In this document: positions 11,117-22,027 of the stretch, piece by piece
Numbering within the stretch: the stretch's first letter is position 1
Layout of the letters: each line of letters begins with the position of its first letter
Source: Prasinococcaceae sp. CCMP 1430
Taxonomy: Eukaryota > Plantae > Prasinodermophyta
DNA: 40,546 nucleotides
NCBI GenBank assembly: GCA_013416795.1
Contig: RQSC01000020.1
Location: 1-40,546 of the forward strand
Direction: 5' to 3'
Made by a program: the position numbers and the translations under genes
Notes under the pieces: model-generated
Seen by the model: only the letters and a program-made list of their open reading frames with translations
The model's database searches: none
Told to the model about the DNA's origin: nothing

Positions 11117-11744
11117 AAAGGGGGGCGGGGGGCGCCTGTGATGCACGTGCTCTCGTGGCTGGCGCCCGGAACGCGTTCGAAACCAACCGAGTCATTTGGT
11201 TCGTTTTGATCTACCGGCAGGTCCATACCTCAAAGTCGCATACGTACGCACTCTTTTTGGATACGTCATCTCTACTCTAGATACGTTGGGGGTATGTCCA
11301 AACCTCAACTCGAACCTGGGCAATTAGGGTCTGCGACGGGGCGGTCCGAGTCGTCTTCCGGGCTCTTTTTGACGTGGCCGGCGGGGTGCCCCTGGAAGCG
11401 CATCATCGCGCACGTGCGCGCGAGCACCAAATCAGACCCTGAATATTACGTAAACCTCATATCGAAAACCTCAACCTCCGCGCGGGCGTCGCCCCGGCCG
11501 CCTCGCTGGCGCTGCTGGGCCGGGGCGGCGCGCCCCGAACCCGGTCTGATCGCGGACTTTCGCTGGTCACGCCAACGAAAGACCCGCATTCGCACTCGAA
11601 TTCTTTGGCACAGACCGGGTTGGGGCGGGCCGTCCCCCACGGTTTTCGCGCGCTGGCGGCGCTGCTGCCGCGCGCCACAGCGCGGACACAGCAGGGGCGG
11701 CGCCTCGCCGCCCCGCCGCGGGGCGGTGGCGCCCGGTGCCGGCC

Positions 11745-12617
11745 ATGGCGGCGAGCTGCACGCGCACCTCTCTGAAGCTGCTGCTCTGGTTGCAGCTCCT
11801 CCTCGGCCTCGCCGTCGCGTGCTATGGCGCGTACCTCGTGCACCAGGCTGGCGCGTTCGCGCCGGACGCGCCTCCCGCCGCGGGGAGCTCGCCGCCGCCG
11901 CTGGCGCCCGCGCCCCCCCCGCCGCCGTGCGACTCGCCGAAGGCAGAGCAGTGGTTTGTGCGCGCCATCTTCGCCGTCGGCGGCATCACAGTCATCACGC
12001 AGCTCGCGGGGCTGCTCGGCACGCGCTACAGGTGCTGCATGACGGTCTTCATCGCCTTGCAGTGTGCGTCGCTGCTCACCCAGGCGGGCTTCGTGGCGAG
12101 CGTGTACGTGGGCACGGCGTGGGTGGGAAAGGTGCCTTGTCCAGGCGAGGCGGAACGCATCGAGCATTTTCTGAAAACGAACGTGCGCATCGGGCAGTGC
12201 GCCGTCGGCGGGCTCCTCGCGTTGGAGCTCGTGGCGCTCGTGCTCGCTTGCTGCGTGCGTCGCAACAACAGAGAGCATGAAAGGACGGGCAGCTGGGACT
12301 TCTCGGACGACGAGGAGATGCGCCGCCGGCCGCTGATCGATTCGCCCTCGCCGTCGCAGCGCAGCACGCCGCTCAGCCCCTCCCCTTACGGCACGCCGAT
12401 GGGGTCCACACCCGCTCGAGCCGGCCCCAGCGCGACACCCGCGTCGGCGGCGGCGGCTGCAGACGAGAGGTGGTCGCAGCGCATGCGCGAGATGTACGGC
12501 CTGGACACCACGCAGTACTCGTACGTCCCGAGAGACGAAGCACCCGGGCGGGCGGAGGAGGGCGGGCACACCGATGGAGGGCGCGGGGCGGGCCGGGCCG
12601 GCTGCGCGGTCATGTAA
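11745..12617 (+). CDS. TOM2A: TOM2A-like tetraspanin (plant TET18-20/TOM2A family) with C-terminal CaaX
   Basis: Four hydrophobic segments, conserved tail WSQRMREMYGLDT (plant: WS.RMREKYGLDT), and a CAVM* ending. Confidence 0.85.
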   Translation: MAASCTRTSLKLLLWLQLLLGLAVACYGAYLVHQAGAFAPDAPPAAGSSPPPLAPAPPPPPCDSPKAEQWFVRAIFAVGGITVITQLAGLLGTRYRCCMTVFIALQCASLLTQAGFVASVYVGTAWVGKVPCPGEAERIEHFLKTNVRIGQCAVGGLLALELVALVLACCVRRNNREHERTGSWDFSDDEEMRRRPLIDSPSPSQRSTPLSPSPYGTPMGSTPARAGPSATPASAAAAADERWSQRMREMYGLDTTQYSYVPRDEAPGRAEEGGHTDGGRGAGRAGCAVM

Positions 12618-13241
12618 GAGACAGGATGCAACCACCCCACACCCACCAACCACCTTTTTTTGTTTTTGTTTTTTGCCTTGCAGGCGCTTTTTTTTGTGCG
12701 CGCGCGTCGGTCGCGTGCGTTCTGATGGCGGGCCTCCACCGCGCATGGGCATTGATGGCGGCGCGTTCCCCGCGCACAACCCGGCCGGTCGGGTGCCTCG
12801 CGCCGGATGCGGAAACGCGCCCCGCCGCCGCGGCCGTAACCGTCGCCGCTGCTGCTAGGGAAGCCGCGGGTCGGCGCGCGCGACGCGCGGGCGCGCGCGC
12901 GCGCTGACGCGGTGCCCGCGTATGACGGGGCGCGCGCGGTGGAAGAGGGTGTCGGACGGGGATGGTGGGGGCGGGGGGGATGGAGAGTGGATGGAGGGGG
13001 CTAGAGGCCGAAGCTTCACCCTCTAGCCGCAGAGGCCGTGGCACTCTGTGCGCGCCGCGCGCGCGGCGTGTGCGGGCACGCTGAAACGGCTGGAGGCAAC
13101 AGCGCGGTTGCGCTCGCGGGGCGGGGTGAGCGCACGCGCGCACACACGCGTGCGTGCCCGCCGTTGCCCCAACGCACATCTGCGCGTGCTCACGTGCGCG
13201 CCGCCCGCCCACCGAACTAGTTCCGCCCCACGACGCTCGCC

Positions 13242-15575
13242 ATGGGGAAGGCGCCCGTGCGCGTGTACGTGCGCATGCGCCCGACAGCTGGGGCCTCCGA
13301 GCGCGTCGAGGTGTTGCCCGACCGCAAGTCGATCGCGGTGCACTTCGGCAAGGATGCGGCCGCAGGCACTGTCAACAACCAGGTGGACAAACTGCGCTTC
13401 TCCGCCGACGGCGTGCTGGTGTCGGCATCACAGGAGGACGTGTACTCGACGTGCTGCTCGGGCGTGGTGGACGACGTCATGGCAGGCTACAACGGCACGG
13501 TGTTTGCATACGGCCAGACCGGCGCTGGAAAGACGTATTCCATGAGCGGCGACCCGCAGGCGTACCGCCAACGCGGCATGATTCCGCGCGCACTGCACAC
13601 CATCTTCAGCGTGGCAGACCGCCGTGCGGACCGTGAGTATGCCATTCGCGTCTCCTACCTCGAGATATACAACGAGGTGCTCTACGACCTGCTCTCGGAT
13701 AGCCCCGCAACAGCAGAGAAGCTCACCATCGTCGACGGGCCGACCGGCGGCGTCGAAGTCCGCGGCATGGCGCAGCATGTCGTCGGGTCCGAGGAAGAGG
13801 CGCTGAGTCTCTTCTTCCGCGGCGAGGCGTCGCGCGCCACGGCGTCGCACACGCTCAACTCCGCGTCGTCTCGCTCGCACGCGATTTTCACCGTCCACGT
13901 GGAGGCGCGCGTGGGCAGCGGCACCGATGAGCGCGCGACGACCTCCAAGCTCAACTTGGTGGATCTCGGCGGCTCGGAGCGCACCAAGAAGACGGGCGTC
14001 ACTGGACAGTCGCTGCGTGAGGCCATGTACATCAACACGAGCCTCACCTTCCTCGAGCAGACCGTCAACGCGCTCTCCAAGCGCGGGCGCGAGCACGTGC
14101 CCTTTCGCCAGTCCAAGCTCACCGCCGTCCTTCGCGACGGACTCGGAGGCAGCTCGAAGACAGTGATGCTCGCCAACGTGTGGCCCGAAGACTCGAACTT
14201 GGAAGAGACGGTGTCCACTCTTCGATTTGCGCAGCGTGTGCGCATGCTCGTCACCGATGCGGTCATCAATGAGTCTACCGACCCAGCACTGCTCTGCCGC
14301 AGATACGAGCGCCGCATTGCCGAGCTCAAACAGGAGCTCGCCATGCGCGACACTTTCGCGGGGCGCGGCAAGGTCTCGTATGATGACTTCGACGAGGCGC
14401 AGCGTGGCGAGCTACGCGCCACCGTAGAGCGCTTTCTGCGCTCCGAGGCCAACGTGTACACGGTGCCCGTCGATAGCCTCAAGATGGTGCGCGAGGCGTT
14501 CATGGCGATGCGCGCAGCCTACGCCGACCTGGACAAGCGTATGGCCGACGCTTTGGCGAGCGCAGCCACCGCGTCGGCAGCGGCGGCGGCGGGCGGCACA
14601 GGCGCAGCAAGCGGTGCGGCACCAGCGGGCGGCGACCCCGGCGGGGCGGGCGGCGGGGCGGGTGGCGGGGATGGCGGCGATGGCACCGACGCCGACGGCG
14701 CTCCAGCGCTTGTCGGCGATCTGGACGCAACATCAGGTGGTTTTGACGCGGGCGAAGCGCCCTCTGGCGCGCGCCCGCCGCGGCTCGACGCGCCCACTAG
14801 CACCGGAGGCGGTGCCGGCGAAGACGTCGAGGGCCCTGCGGATGCCACAGAGGGCGCCGTGGGCGAGGGTGGCGCAGGGAGCGAGGGAGGCGCAGGCAGG
14901 GCCGCCGACAAAGCAGCGGCCTTCGAGGCGTACAAGGCGGGGGCGGGAGCTGCGCTGGCTGTGGCGGCGCGCGAGGCGCGCGGTGCGGCGGTACGCGCGC
15001 GCAAGGACTTGGCAGCTGCCGGCGCGCGCGTGAACGCCGCAAAGCGCGCGATCGACGCGGCCAAGAATTCCGCCGAGATGAAGCAAGGAGGTGCAGACGA
15101 CCGAGGCGAGGATGACGTACTCGACGAGGAGGAGTTCTTGCTGCTGGTTGCGCTGCGAAATGCGAAGGCCGAGTATCGCGCAGCCTTCGATGACGTGCGC
15201 GAGGCACGAGAGCGCGCCGGGCCGGCAAGTGCAGCCGAGCGTCGGACGAAGCGCGCGCTGCTCGACGCGTTTGCGGAGTGGCACAGCGCGGGGGGATACG
15301 AGAGCGCGCTCGCGGAGGATCGCAACGCGGTCGACGCAGTGGCTGATGGGGACGCAGGCGCGCCGCTGGATGCCGCCGAGGAGTTTGACGCTGTGTTCAT
15401 GGCCCGCGTGCTGCACGAGGATCCCGAGAGCTCTGCCTTCCATGCTGCGCGCAAAATCGTGCGCAAGGCGAAAGCGACTGCCGCGGGGCGCGTCCCGGCC
15501 GCTGCGTACAAGGGCGCCAAGGGCTCGGCGCTCATTAACCGCAAGCATGAGATGCTCGCCGCCAGGATGGGCTGA
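13242..15575 (+). CDS. KIF9: Kinesin-9 (KIF9/KLP1-like), intronless
   Basis: VRVYVRMRP, AYGQTGAGKT, YLEIYNE, NSASSRSH, LVDLGGSERTKKTG, HVPFRQSKLT, TLRFA. The post-motor YERRIAELKQELAMRD segment and the tail are kinesin-9-like. Confidence 0.88.
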   Translation: MGKAPVRVYVRMRPTAGASERVEVLPDRKSIAVHFGKDAAAGTVNNQVDKLRFSADGVLVSASQEDVYSTCCSGVVDDVMAGYNGTVFAYGQTGAGKTYSMSGDPQAYRQRGMIPRALHTIFSVADRRADREYAIRVSYLEIYNEVLYDLLSDSPATAEKLTIVDGPTGGVEVRGMAQHVVGSEEEALSLFFRGEASRATASHTLNSASSRSHAIFTVHVEARVGSGTDERATTSKLNLVDLGGSERTKKTGVTGQSLREAMYINTSLTFLEQTVNALSKRGREHVPFRQSKLTAVLRDGLGGSSKTVMLANVWPEDSNLEETVSTLRFAQRVRMLVTDAVINESTDPALLCRRYERRIAELKQELAMRDTFAGRGKVSYDDFDEAQRGELRATVERFLRSEANVYTVPVDSLKMVREAFMAMRAAYADLDKRMADALASAATASAAAAAGGTGAASGAAPAGGDPGGAGGGAGGGDGGDGTDADGAPALVGDLDATSGGFDAGEAPSGARPPRLDAPTSTGGGAGEDVEGPADATEGAVGEGGAGSEGGAGRAADKAAAFEAYKAGAGAALAVAAREARGAAVRARKDLAAAGARVNAAKRAIDAAKNSAEMKQGGADDRGEDDVLDEEEFLLLVALRNAKAEYRAAFDDVREARERAGPASAAERRTKRALLDAFAEWHSAGGYESALAEDRNAVDAVADGDAGAPLDAAEEFDAVFMARVLHEDPESSAFHAARKIVRKAKATAAGRVPAAAYKGAKGSALINRKHEMLAARMG

Positions 15576-15847
15576 GCTGGCGTGGAGCCGCTGCGCGTAC
15601 GGCTAGAAGGAGGCACGCGCGCGACAGCACGTAACAAGCACTCTGAGGAGACCATTCGGCAATGCGGCCACTTTCCGGCGAGTCGAGCGCGCGTGCGGCT
15701 CGTGCGGCGTCGCCAGGTGGAACGGCGAGCCTGAACAGGCCTTCTTCTCATAAGCGACAAAATTTAATATTAGGGGGCGCAAGGGAAGTGTGGAACGTCG
15801 AACTGGCTCTTGAATTCCCGAGGGCGCCGTGCCGGACAGCGGTTTCA

Positions 15848-16948
15848 TCACACGTCCAGCTTGCGCCCATCCATGCTCTTGTTTCGCAGCAGGCGCTTGG
15901 ACGCGCCTTGCAGACGGGCGATGGCCCACAGCGTCAGCAAGGTGGCCGCTCCCACCGACGCGTTGGCCAGGGCGTTCACCAGGGCCGACGTGTGCACCGG
16001 CGTCGCTACGGGGGCCGCGCCAGGCGCATCGCTGCCGTAGTAGGCGTCCACAGCTACGCGGAACACCTCGAAGGCGCAGATGCTGCCGACCGTCGCAACA
16101 CCTATTGTCTCGGCCCCTGCCTTCTCGACGGCCTCCGGCACCATGTCGGAGATGACCAGGTAGATCATGGTGCCTGCCGCGAAGCCCATGCACAGCGGCA
16201 GCAGGTGCATGATGGCCGACGCAAAGACGAAGGCGGGCACCGCCACGACGACCTGTGGCAGCGCGGCGATCGTCGACCACGCCAGCGCGTCGCGCGCGCT
16301 CACGCCGCGCGCGGCCAGCACGAGGGCCAGCGCCGCCCCCTCCGGTATGTTGTGGATGCCTATCGCGGCGGCCACGCCCACGCCCTGGCGCCACCCGTCC
16401 GCGCCCGCGAAGCTCACCCCCACCCCGCTGCCTTCGCCGAATGCGTGCAGGGTCATCACGCCCAAGAAGAGCACCGTTTTTCGCATGGCGCTCGCACCGC
16501 CCTGCTCGCCGCTGACCAGCGCCCCGGCCGCGTCTGTGCCCTCCAAGAACCGCGCGCACTGCCGCACGAACGCCGCCCCGAGCGCCACTCCCAGCGCGGT
16601 GAGCACGCCCGAGGCGTACGCGGCGCCTCCGCCGGCCCCGCCCCCCACATCCTGCCCCTCGTGAATGAGTCCGAAGCTCGCGGCGAGCATGACGCCGCAC
16701 GCGAGCGCGTGCGCGACCCCCTCCAGCCAGTCCCCGAGCGCTCGCCCCCGGTTGAACAGCAGCGGCAGCGCGCCGAGGCCGGACGCCGCAGCCATCACGA
16801 GCGAGCACTTCAGCACGAACCACGCGTCGCAGCCGTCGGCGGCGGGCGGCATGACCGCGCGACGCGCGGCGGCGAGCGCTGCATCCGCGCCCACGGCGGC
16901 GACGTCAGCCGTCAGCCCGCCCCCAGCGCCCACCCCCGGCTCCGCCAT
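15848..16948 (-). CDS. ZIP-family (GufA/At3g08650-like) metal transporter, 366 aa
   Basis: SGLGALP, A.GVMLAASF, MTLHAFGEGSGVGVSFAG, AIGIHNIPEG and GFAAGTMIYLVISDMVPE, with about 8-9 TM segments. Confidence 0.9.
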   Translation of the reverse strand: MAEPGVGAGGGLTADVAAVGADAALAAARRAVMPPAADGCDAWFVLKCSLVMAAASGLGALPLLFNRGRALGDWLEGVAHALACGVMLAASFGLIHEGQDVGGGAGGGAAYASGVLTALGVALGAAFVRQCARFLEGTDAAGALVSGEQGGASAMRKTVLFLGVMTLHAFGEGSGVGVSFAGADGWRQGVGVAAAIGIHNIPEGAALALVLAARGVSARDALAWSTIAALPQVVVAVPAFVFASAIMHLLPLCMGFAAGTMIYLVISDMVPEAVEKAGAETIGVATVGSICAFEVFRVAVDAYYGSDAPGAAPVATPVHTSALVNALANASVGAATLLTLWAIARLQGASKRLLRNKSMDGRKLDV

Positions 16949-17952
16949 GGCGCGCCGCTTTTTTGCGCGCGTGCGATCGCGCGCGCACCACTCGGGCCGT
17001 ACGCGAACCACCTCGCGTTTGCTGGGTAGACCTGCGCGCTCAAGTAGTCGTCGTGCTTGATCGTGAAGCGCAGCGTGGGGACGCCGTCCACGTCCGAGCG
17101 CTCGCCATCGACGTTGACTAGGGTGGACGAGCGATTGACCTCCTCCGCCCATACGACGANGTGAACGCGGGCGGCGTCGGCGGCGGCGTTGACAGCGCGC
17201 GCGCCCGCGGACCGCATGCCGTTTGATATAGAGCCTCGCAACGCACCGACACCTTCGATGTGTTTTTTTTTTCCCTCTGTTTTTTTCGCCTGCATGCCTT
17301 CCCGGGAAGGCAAAAGAAGGTGCGTTCGCGCCGCGCGCAGCCGGGGGGAAAAAAACGGCGAAGGTTGCGCGAAACCGCGCGGGCGAAAACGCGGTGACCG
17401 GTGCCGCCGCGCGGGGATCCCGCCGAGCGCCGCAGGAAAAGATGCTGGCGAATGCAGAATATGCGCGCATCGATCCGCAATTCACGGGGCGCGTTACGTA
17501 AATTGAGCACCCGGCGGAAAATCCGTTTTACGGACGCAACGCGCCCGCGCGACTGCAGGTTTTTTTTTTTTTTTGGTGAGAGCCGTTCCCGCGGCCCGCA
17601 CGCCCGTTAACGAGGCCGCGGGGGTCCCATCGTGTCGCGCGCGTTGAAGAAGGCGGCCGTGGGTGTATTTGATTTATTTTTGCACATGATATGTGGCGCG
17701 ATGCGGCACGCGCGCAGTGGCGGGGCGGGTTCAAAGTTCCCCCTGGCGCGCGCGCGCGTGCGCCCCCACGGGCGGAGGGGGGGCACCACGCCACTGGGCG
17801 CGGCGGCGCCGCGAGGAGAGGCGGGGCGGAGAGCGCTGGCGCGCCGCGGGCGCCCTTGCCTGCGCGGGCGGCAACAGGCGGTGGCGGCGGCGGCGCGGGA
17901 AGCGTCGAGTGGTGTGCGAGGGAGAGCCGCCTCGAGACAGGGGTAGGCCGCG

Positions 17953-20900
17953 ATGTCAGCGACCTTGGCCTCGATCGGCGCGGCGGCCGATGCCCTCGAG
18001 GGTCAGCTGGCGGCGCTGAAGATTCTCGACGGCAACGCAGGGCAGTGGCCCGGCGTCACCGAGGCCGCCGAGGCGCTGCGGGCCGCCGCCGAGGCAGCCG
18101 CCGCCGAGGCGCAGCGCGAAGCGCTCGCCGCGCAGCAAGCGGTCGCAACGGCCGGCCAGGATCACGCGGACGCCGAGGCGAGCCGCGCAGATGCTGGCGA
18201 GGCTCGAGCGCAGGCGCGCGCGGCCGAAGAGCGCGCGGAGGCCGCGCGTGCCGATGCCGCCTCCGCGCGGCAGGAGCGCGACGCCGCGCGAGCGGAGGCG
18301 AGCGACCTCGCCGAGGCCCTCGAAGTCACGCGCCAGCAATTCGCTGATGAGGAGGCTCGCTCGGGCGAGCTCGAGAAACAGCTGGCGTACTCCGAGGGCG
18401 AGCTGGAGGGGCTGCGGCAGGCCGCGGCCGAGGCCGCTGCCGCGGCCAAGGCCGCCGAGGAAGAGTCAGAGCGCTGCCGAGCGGCGGTCGACGCGTCGGC
18501 CGCGGTGGCGAGCAGCGGGCAGGAGCGCGTGGAAGAACTGCTTGAGGAGCGCGCGCGCCTTGATTCTGAGCTCGAGGCCGCCAGGAAGCGCGACCAAGTG
18601 CATGCGGCGCAGGTGGCGGCGCTCAAGAAAAGCCTGGGCGACGCGACCAACGCGTCGGCGTCGAGCACCGCGCGCTGGTCCAAGGATCTGGAAGCCACAC
18701 AAATCAAGCTCGCTGCGGCGCTCGAGCGTGCCACCAAGGCGGAGGAGCGCGCGGAACACTTTGCCTTCGAAGCGGACAAGTCCAACGCCGCCGCGCTGGC
18801 CGCCGCCAACACCACCGAGCGGCTGCGGCGCGAGGACGCCGACAAGGTCAAGCGCTGGGGGGAGACGGTCGCTGGCCTGCGCGAGGCGCAGGGCGGGCAT
18901 AAGGCCGAGATAGCAAAGCTCAAGGTCGAGCTCTCCACCGCGCAGAAAGCCGCCTCGGAGGCGGTGACCGTACGCAAGGAGCGCGACGACCACTCGCTGC
19001 GCATCAAGGCGCTCGCCATCGACCTGCGCTCGTCCAGGGCGGACGAGCAGCGCGTTGCTGCGGATGCGGAGAGCCTGAAGGTCGCGCTCGACCGCGCGCA
19101 GAGCGATTCGTCCGCTGCGGCCAAGCGCTGGAACGAGGAGATCGACGCGCTGCGCGCGTCATGCGCCGACGCCACGAAGCGCGCCTCGCTGGCCGAAGAG
19201 GCGCTGGCATCGCAGCGTTCGGCAGCGAAGAAGGCCAACCTCGAGGCGCACGCGAAGAGCAAGGCGCTCGCGAGCTTGCAGACGGATGTGGCGTCAACCA
19301 CCAAGCGCTGGTCGACCGACGTGAGTCGTCTCAAGCTGCGCTCAAGGCCGCCGAGGCCAAGCGGGACACGGCAACTGCCGAGGCGATGCGGTCGATGGAG
19401 GCAGAAAAGGAGGCGCTCCGAGCGAAGGAGGCGGCCGAGCAGGCGCTGGCGCTTGCCCAGGCGGCGAATGCGCAGGCGACTCGACGGTGGCACGCGGACG
19501 TCCGGCGCGCCAAGGACGACACGGCCAAGAAGACCGCCTCCGTGGCAGGCCTGGAGGCGGAGCTCGCGGCGGCCGCGAAGACCCTCTCGCAGGCAGAGGC
19601 CGACAAGGTGAAATCCCTGCTGCAGGCAGAGACCGGCAAGGAGGCCGCGCTTGGGAAGCTCAAGGCCGACATAGAGATGCTCAAAGGCGCGCTCGCACGC
19701 CAGCACAGCGACCACGCGGTGTCTGTCAAGCGTTGGGGAGACGACGTGGAGCGCCTCAAGCGTGAGCTCGCCAGCGCGCGGGGCGAGGTCACCGACGCAG
19801 AGAAGCGTGTGGCGGCGGCACAGCACGCCATGCGACAGGCTGGCGACTCGCGCGCCGCAAAGGAGAGGGCTCTGGCACAGATTCAGGCTGAGTCGGCGGC
19901 AGCGATCAAGCGCTGGTCAGGGGAGAATGTGGCGCTCAAGAAGAAGCTTGCTGCCGCGGAGACCTCACTCGCAAGGCAGCGTCAGCTCGCTGCAGCAGCG
20001 GACAAAAAGGCGGCAACGGCAACATCAGGTTTCGAAAAGGTGAAGCAGGCGCACGAGGAGGCCACCAGCACCGCCGCCGCGCGCACCGCGAGGTGGGGGA
20101 AGGAGGTCCATTCCGCAAAGGCGCAGGTCGCCGGTTTGCGTGAGCGCCTGTCCTCCGCCGAACGCGAGCGAGACGCGCTGCGCGAGGCTGCCTCTGAGCT
20201 GCGCGCTAGATTGGCCGCGTCGGATCAGGCCAAGGCGTCCGCGCAGGACACGCAGGTGAGCGCGAGCGCCCAGTGGTCGGAGCAGCTCAGCCAAGCCACC
20301 GGGCGGTGCGCGTCGCTCGAGTCGCAGCTGAAGGCGTACACCGCCGAGGCAAAGGAGCGCGACTATGAGCTGCAGGTGGCAAAGGAGGCGCTCGCGGCGC
20401 GCGATCGCGAGCTCGCCAATGAGCGCGCGGTTGCCGAGGGCCTCATGGTCGACATGCGCGCAGAGCAGGCCAAGGTGAGTGCCCTGCAATCCGAGCTCAG
20501 GGAGCAGGCCGCCGAGGCGCGGGTGCACGCCGCTCGCTACGAAAGGGATGCCGCGGTGCAGGCCGCGATGGCTGGCAGCTGGGAGCGAGAGCTCGCCAAG
20601 TCGGAGGCCGAGCGGCGGGCGATGCGAGAGCGCGTCGACCGCGCAGAGGCGGAGATGGCCGAGTTTCGTCGGGTAGCGACCAAGGGCATCGAAGCGGCGG
20701 CAGTGACGCACATGCACGCCGCGAGGGGGCGCACGCCAGGCAGCGCGAAGTGGCCCTCGAAGCCCCAACGAGCAGAGAAAGGCGCGCAGCCGCTCGCTGT
20801 CGCCGACGCCAACGCGATGGCCGGCGTGGGCGGCGCCAAGGGCAGGCTAAGCACAAAGGGGGCGCAGGCCGGCGCAAATGCAGCCTGGGCCGACGACGGC

Positions 20901-21131
20901 GAAGACTGGGGCAACGCCGCGATGGTGTCGTTGGCGAGCACGCGCGACGCCATCTTGCCGCCCATCCAGGAGGCGCGCGCCCGGGACCCTGCAGTCACGG
21001 CGGCGGCACGCAGGCGGCCGGCGCGGCGCGTGTCGTCGGCGCCATCTGAGGCGAGGCGTTTCGGCTACCAGCGCGGCGGCCTCACGCCAAGTCTGCCACC
21101 TGAAGAGCCCTTACAGCCGCGCTGGCAATAA
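17953..21131 (+). CDS. Long Ala/Glu/Lys/Arg coiled-coil protein (~1060 aa) with [KR]-R-W repeats; -1 frameshift near 19335
   Basis: ORF 17953-19335 continues in another frame (AAG/GCT GCG CTC AAG GCC) to TAA at 21129-21131. Composition, codon bias and the Trp periodicity continue across the shift. Confidence 0.75.
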
Positions 21132-21241
21132 TACAAACATAATACAGCAAGGCAGCTCGGCGCTGCGCTGCCACTGCCACTGCGAGGAGCGCGGCCGCTT
21201 GGCAGCAGCGCCACGCTCGCCGCGGCGGCGGGGCGCATGCG

Positions 21242-21778
21242 TCATCGCTCAGCGAGCAGCGCGGCGCGTGCTCGTGCCGCGCGTGCGTTCAACTCCGCGA
21301 CGTAGGCACGCAGCACGCCGTCGCTCTCAGCGACCTCCTCAAATCTGCCTCGCCACGCGCCCGCGTTCCCGTGCTCGAGCCACTCCGCCTCCCCGCACCC
21401 CGCGCCAGCGCCCGCGGTGCATCCAGCGGCAGCCGCGGCGGCCGCCGACGCAGCTGCGCCCGCGGCGGGGTGCGTTGCGGAGTGGAGGTCCGCCTTTTTT
21501 CTCCTCGCGCTGTTTTTAGCGAGCGAGGCGTGGTGAGACACGCACGCGAGTGGGCGGTGGCAGAGAGCGCGCCCTCCGCGCAGGCAATGGTGCTCGTGCT
21601 GGTGGTGCACGCGCCGGTGGCGGGTGCGGGTGGTGGAGGGCCTGTCGAGGCGGCGGGCGCCTTGCGCGCCGCCGCCGAGGCCGCGGACGCCGGGAGCGCC
21701 GCGGGCTGCGAACGTGCGGCGGCAATGGGCCTCCGCGGCGTCGACAGCGGCGACCACCTCTGCCGCCGGGGCGCCCAT
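21242..21778 (-). CDS. Small hypothetical protein (possible internal intron)
   Basis: ATG-started 178-aa ORF. The N-terminal (MGAPAAEVVAAVDAAEAHC) and C-terminal (EAEWLEHG...VLRAYVAELNAR) parts look coding; the middle looks intron-like. No family recognised. Confidence 0.35.
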   Translation of the reverse strand: MGAPAAEVVAAVDAAEAHCRRTFAARGAPGVRGLGGGAQGARRLDRPSTTRTRHRRVHHQHEHHCLRGGRALCHRPLACVSHHASLAKNSARRKKADLHSATHPAAGAAASAAAAAAAGCTAGAGAGCGEAEWLEHGNAGAWRGRFEEVAESDGVLRAYVAELNARAARARAALLAER

Positions 21779-22027
21779 TGCCGCCGCACGTGCGGGTTGT
21801 GGCGCGGCGCCCGAGCGCCTCTCGCACGTTGCCCTTGCAAACACCCGCGAAAACAACGTCCACGGGTGCGGGACCGGCAGAGGCGCCACAGAGCACGCCG
21901 CCGCACGCGCGCGCGCGCGTGCGCGCGCGCGCACGCGCGCACGTGCGTGCGGAGGAGGTTGGGCCGTCATTGGCGGTGGCGGTGGCCGTGGCAGTGGTGC
22001 GGACGCGGCGCGCCGTAGGCGCGCGCC

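Noticed and set aside
13960-13985. Kinesin switch II reads DLGGSE instead of DLAGSE
   Set aside because: The DxxGxE consensus is retained, so there is no evidence of inactivation.
19321-19346. 26-nt GTGAGT...CAAG intron explaining the frameshift
   Set aside because: It is far shorter than the other introns and would break the 60-aa period, which a +1 nt correction restores exactly.
18660-20300. Trp motifs as EPYC1-type Rubisco-binding motifs
   Set aside because: The basic residue precedes W rather than following it, the motifs sit in a continuous coiled coil, and the N-terminus is not transit-peptide-like.
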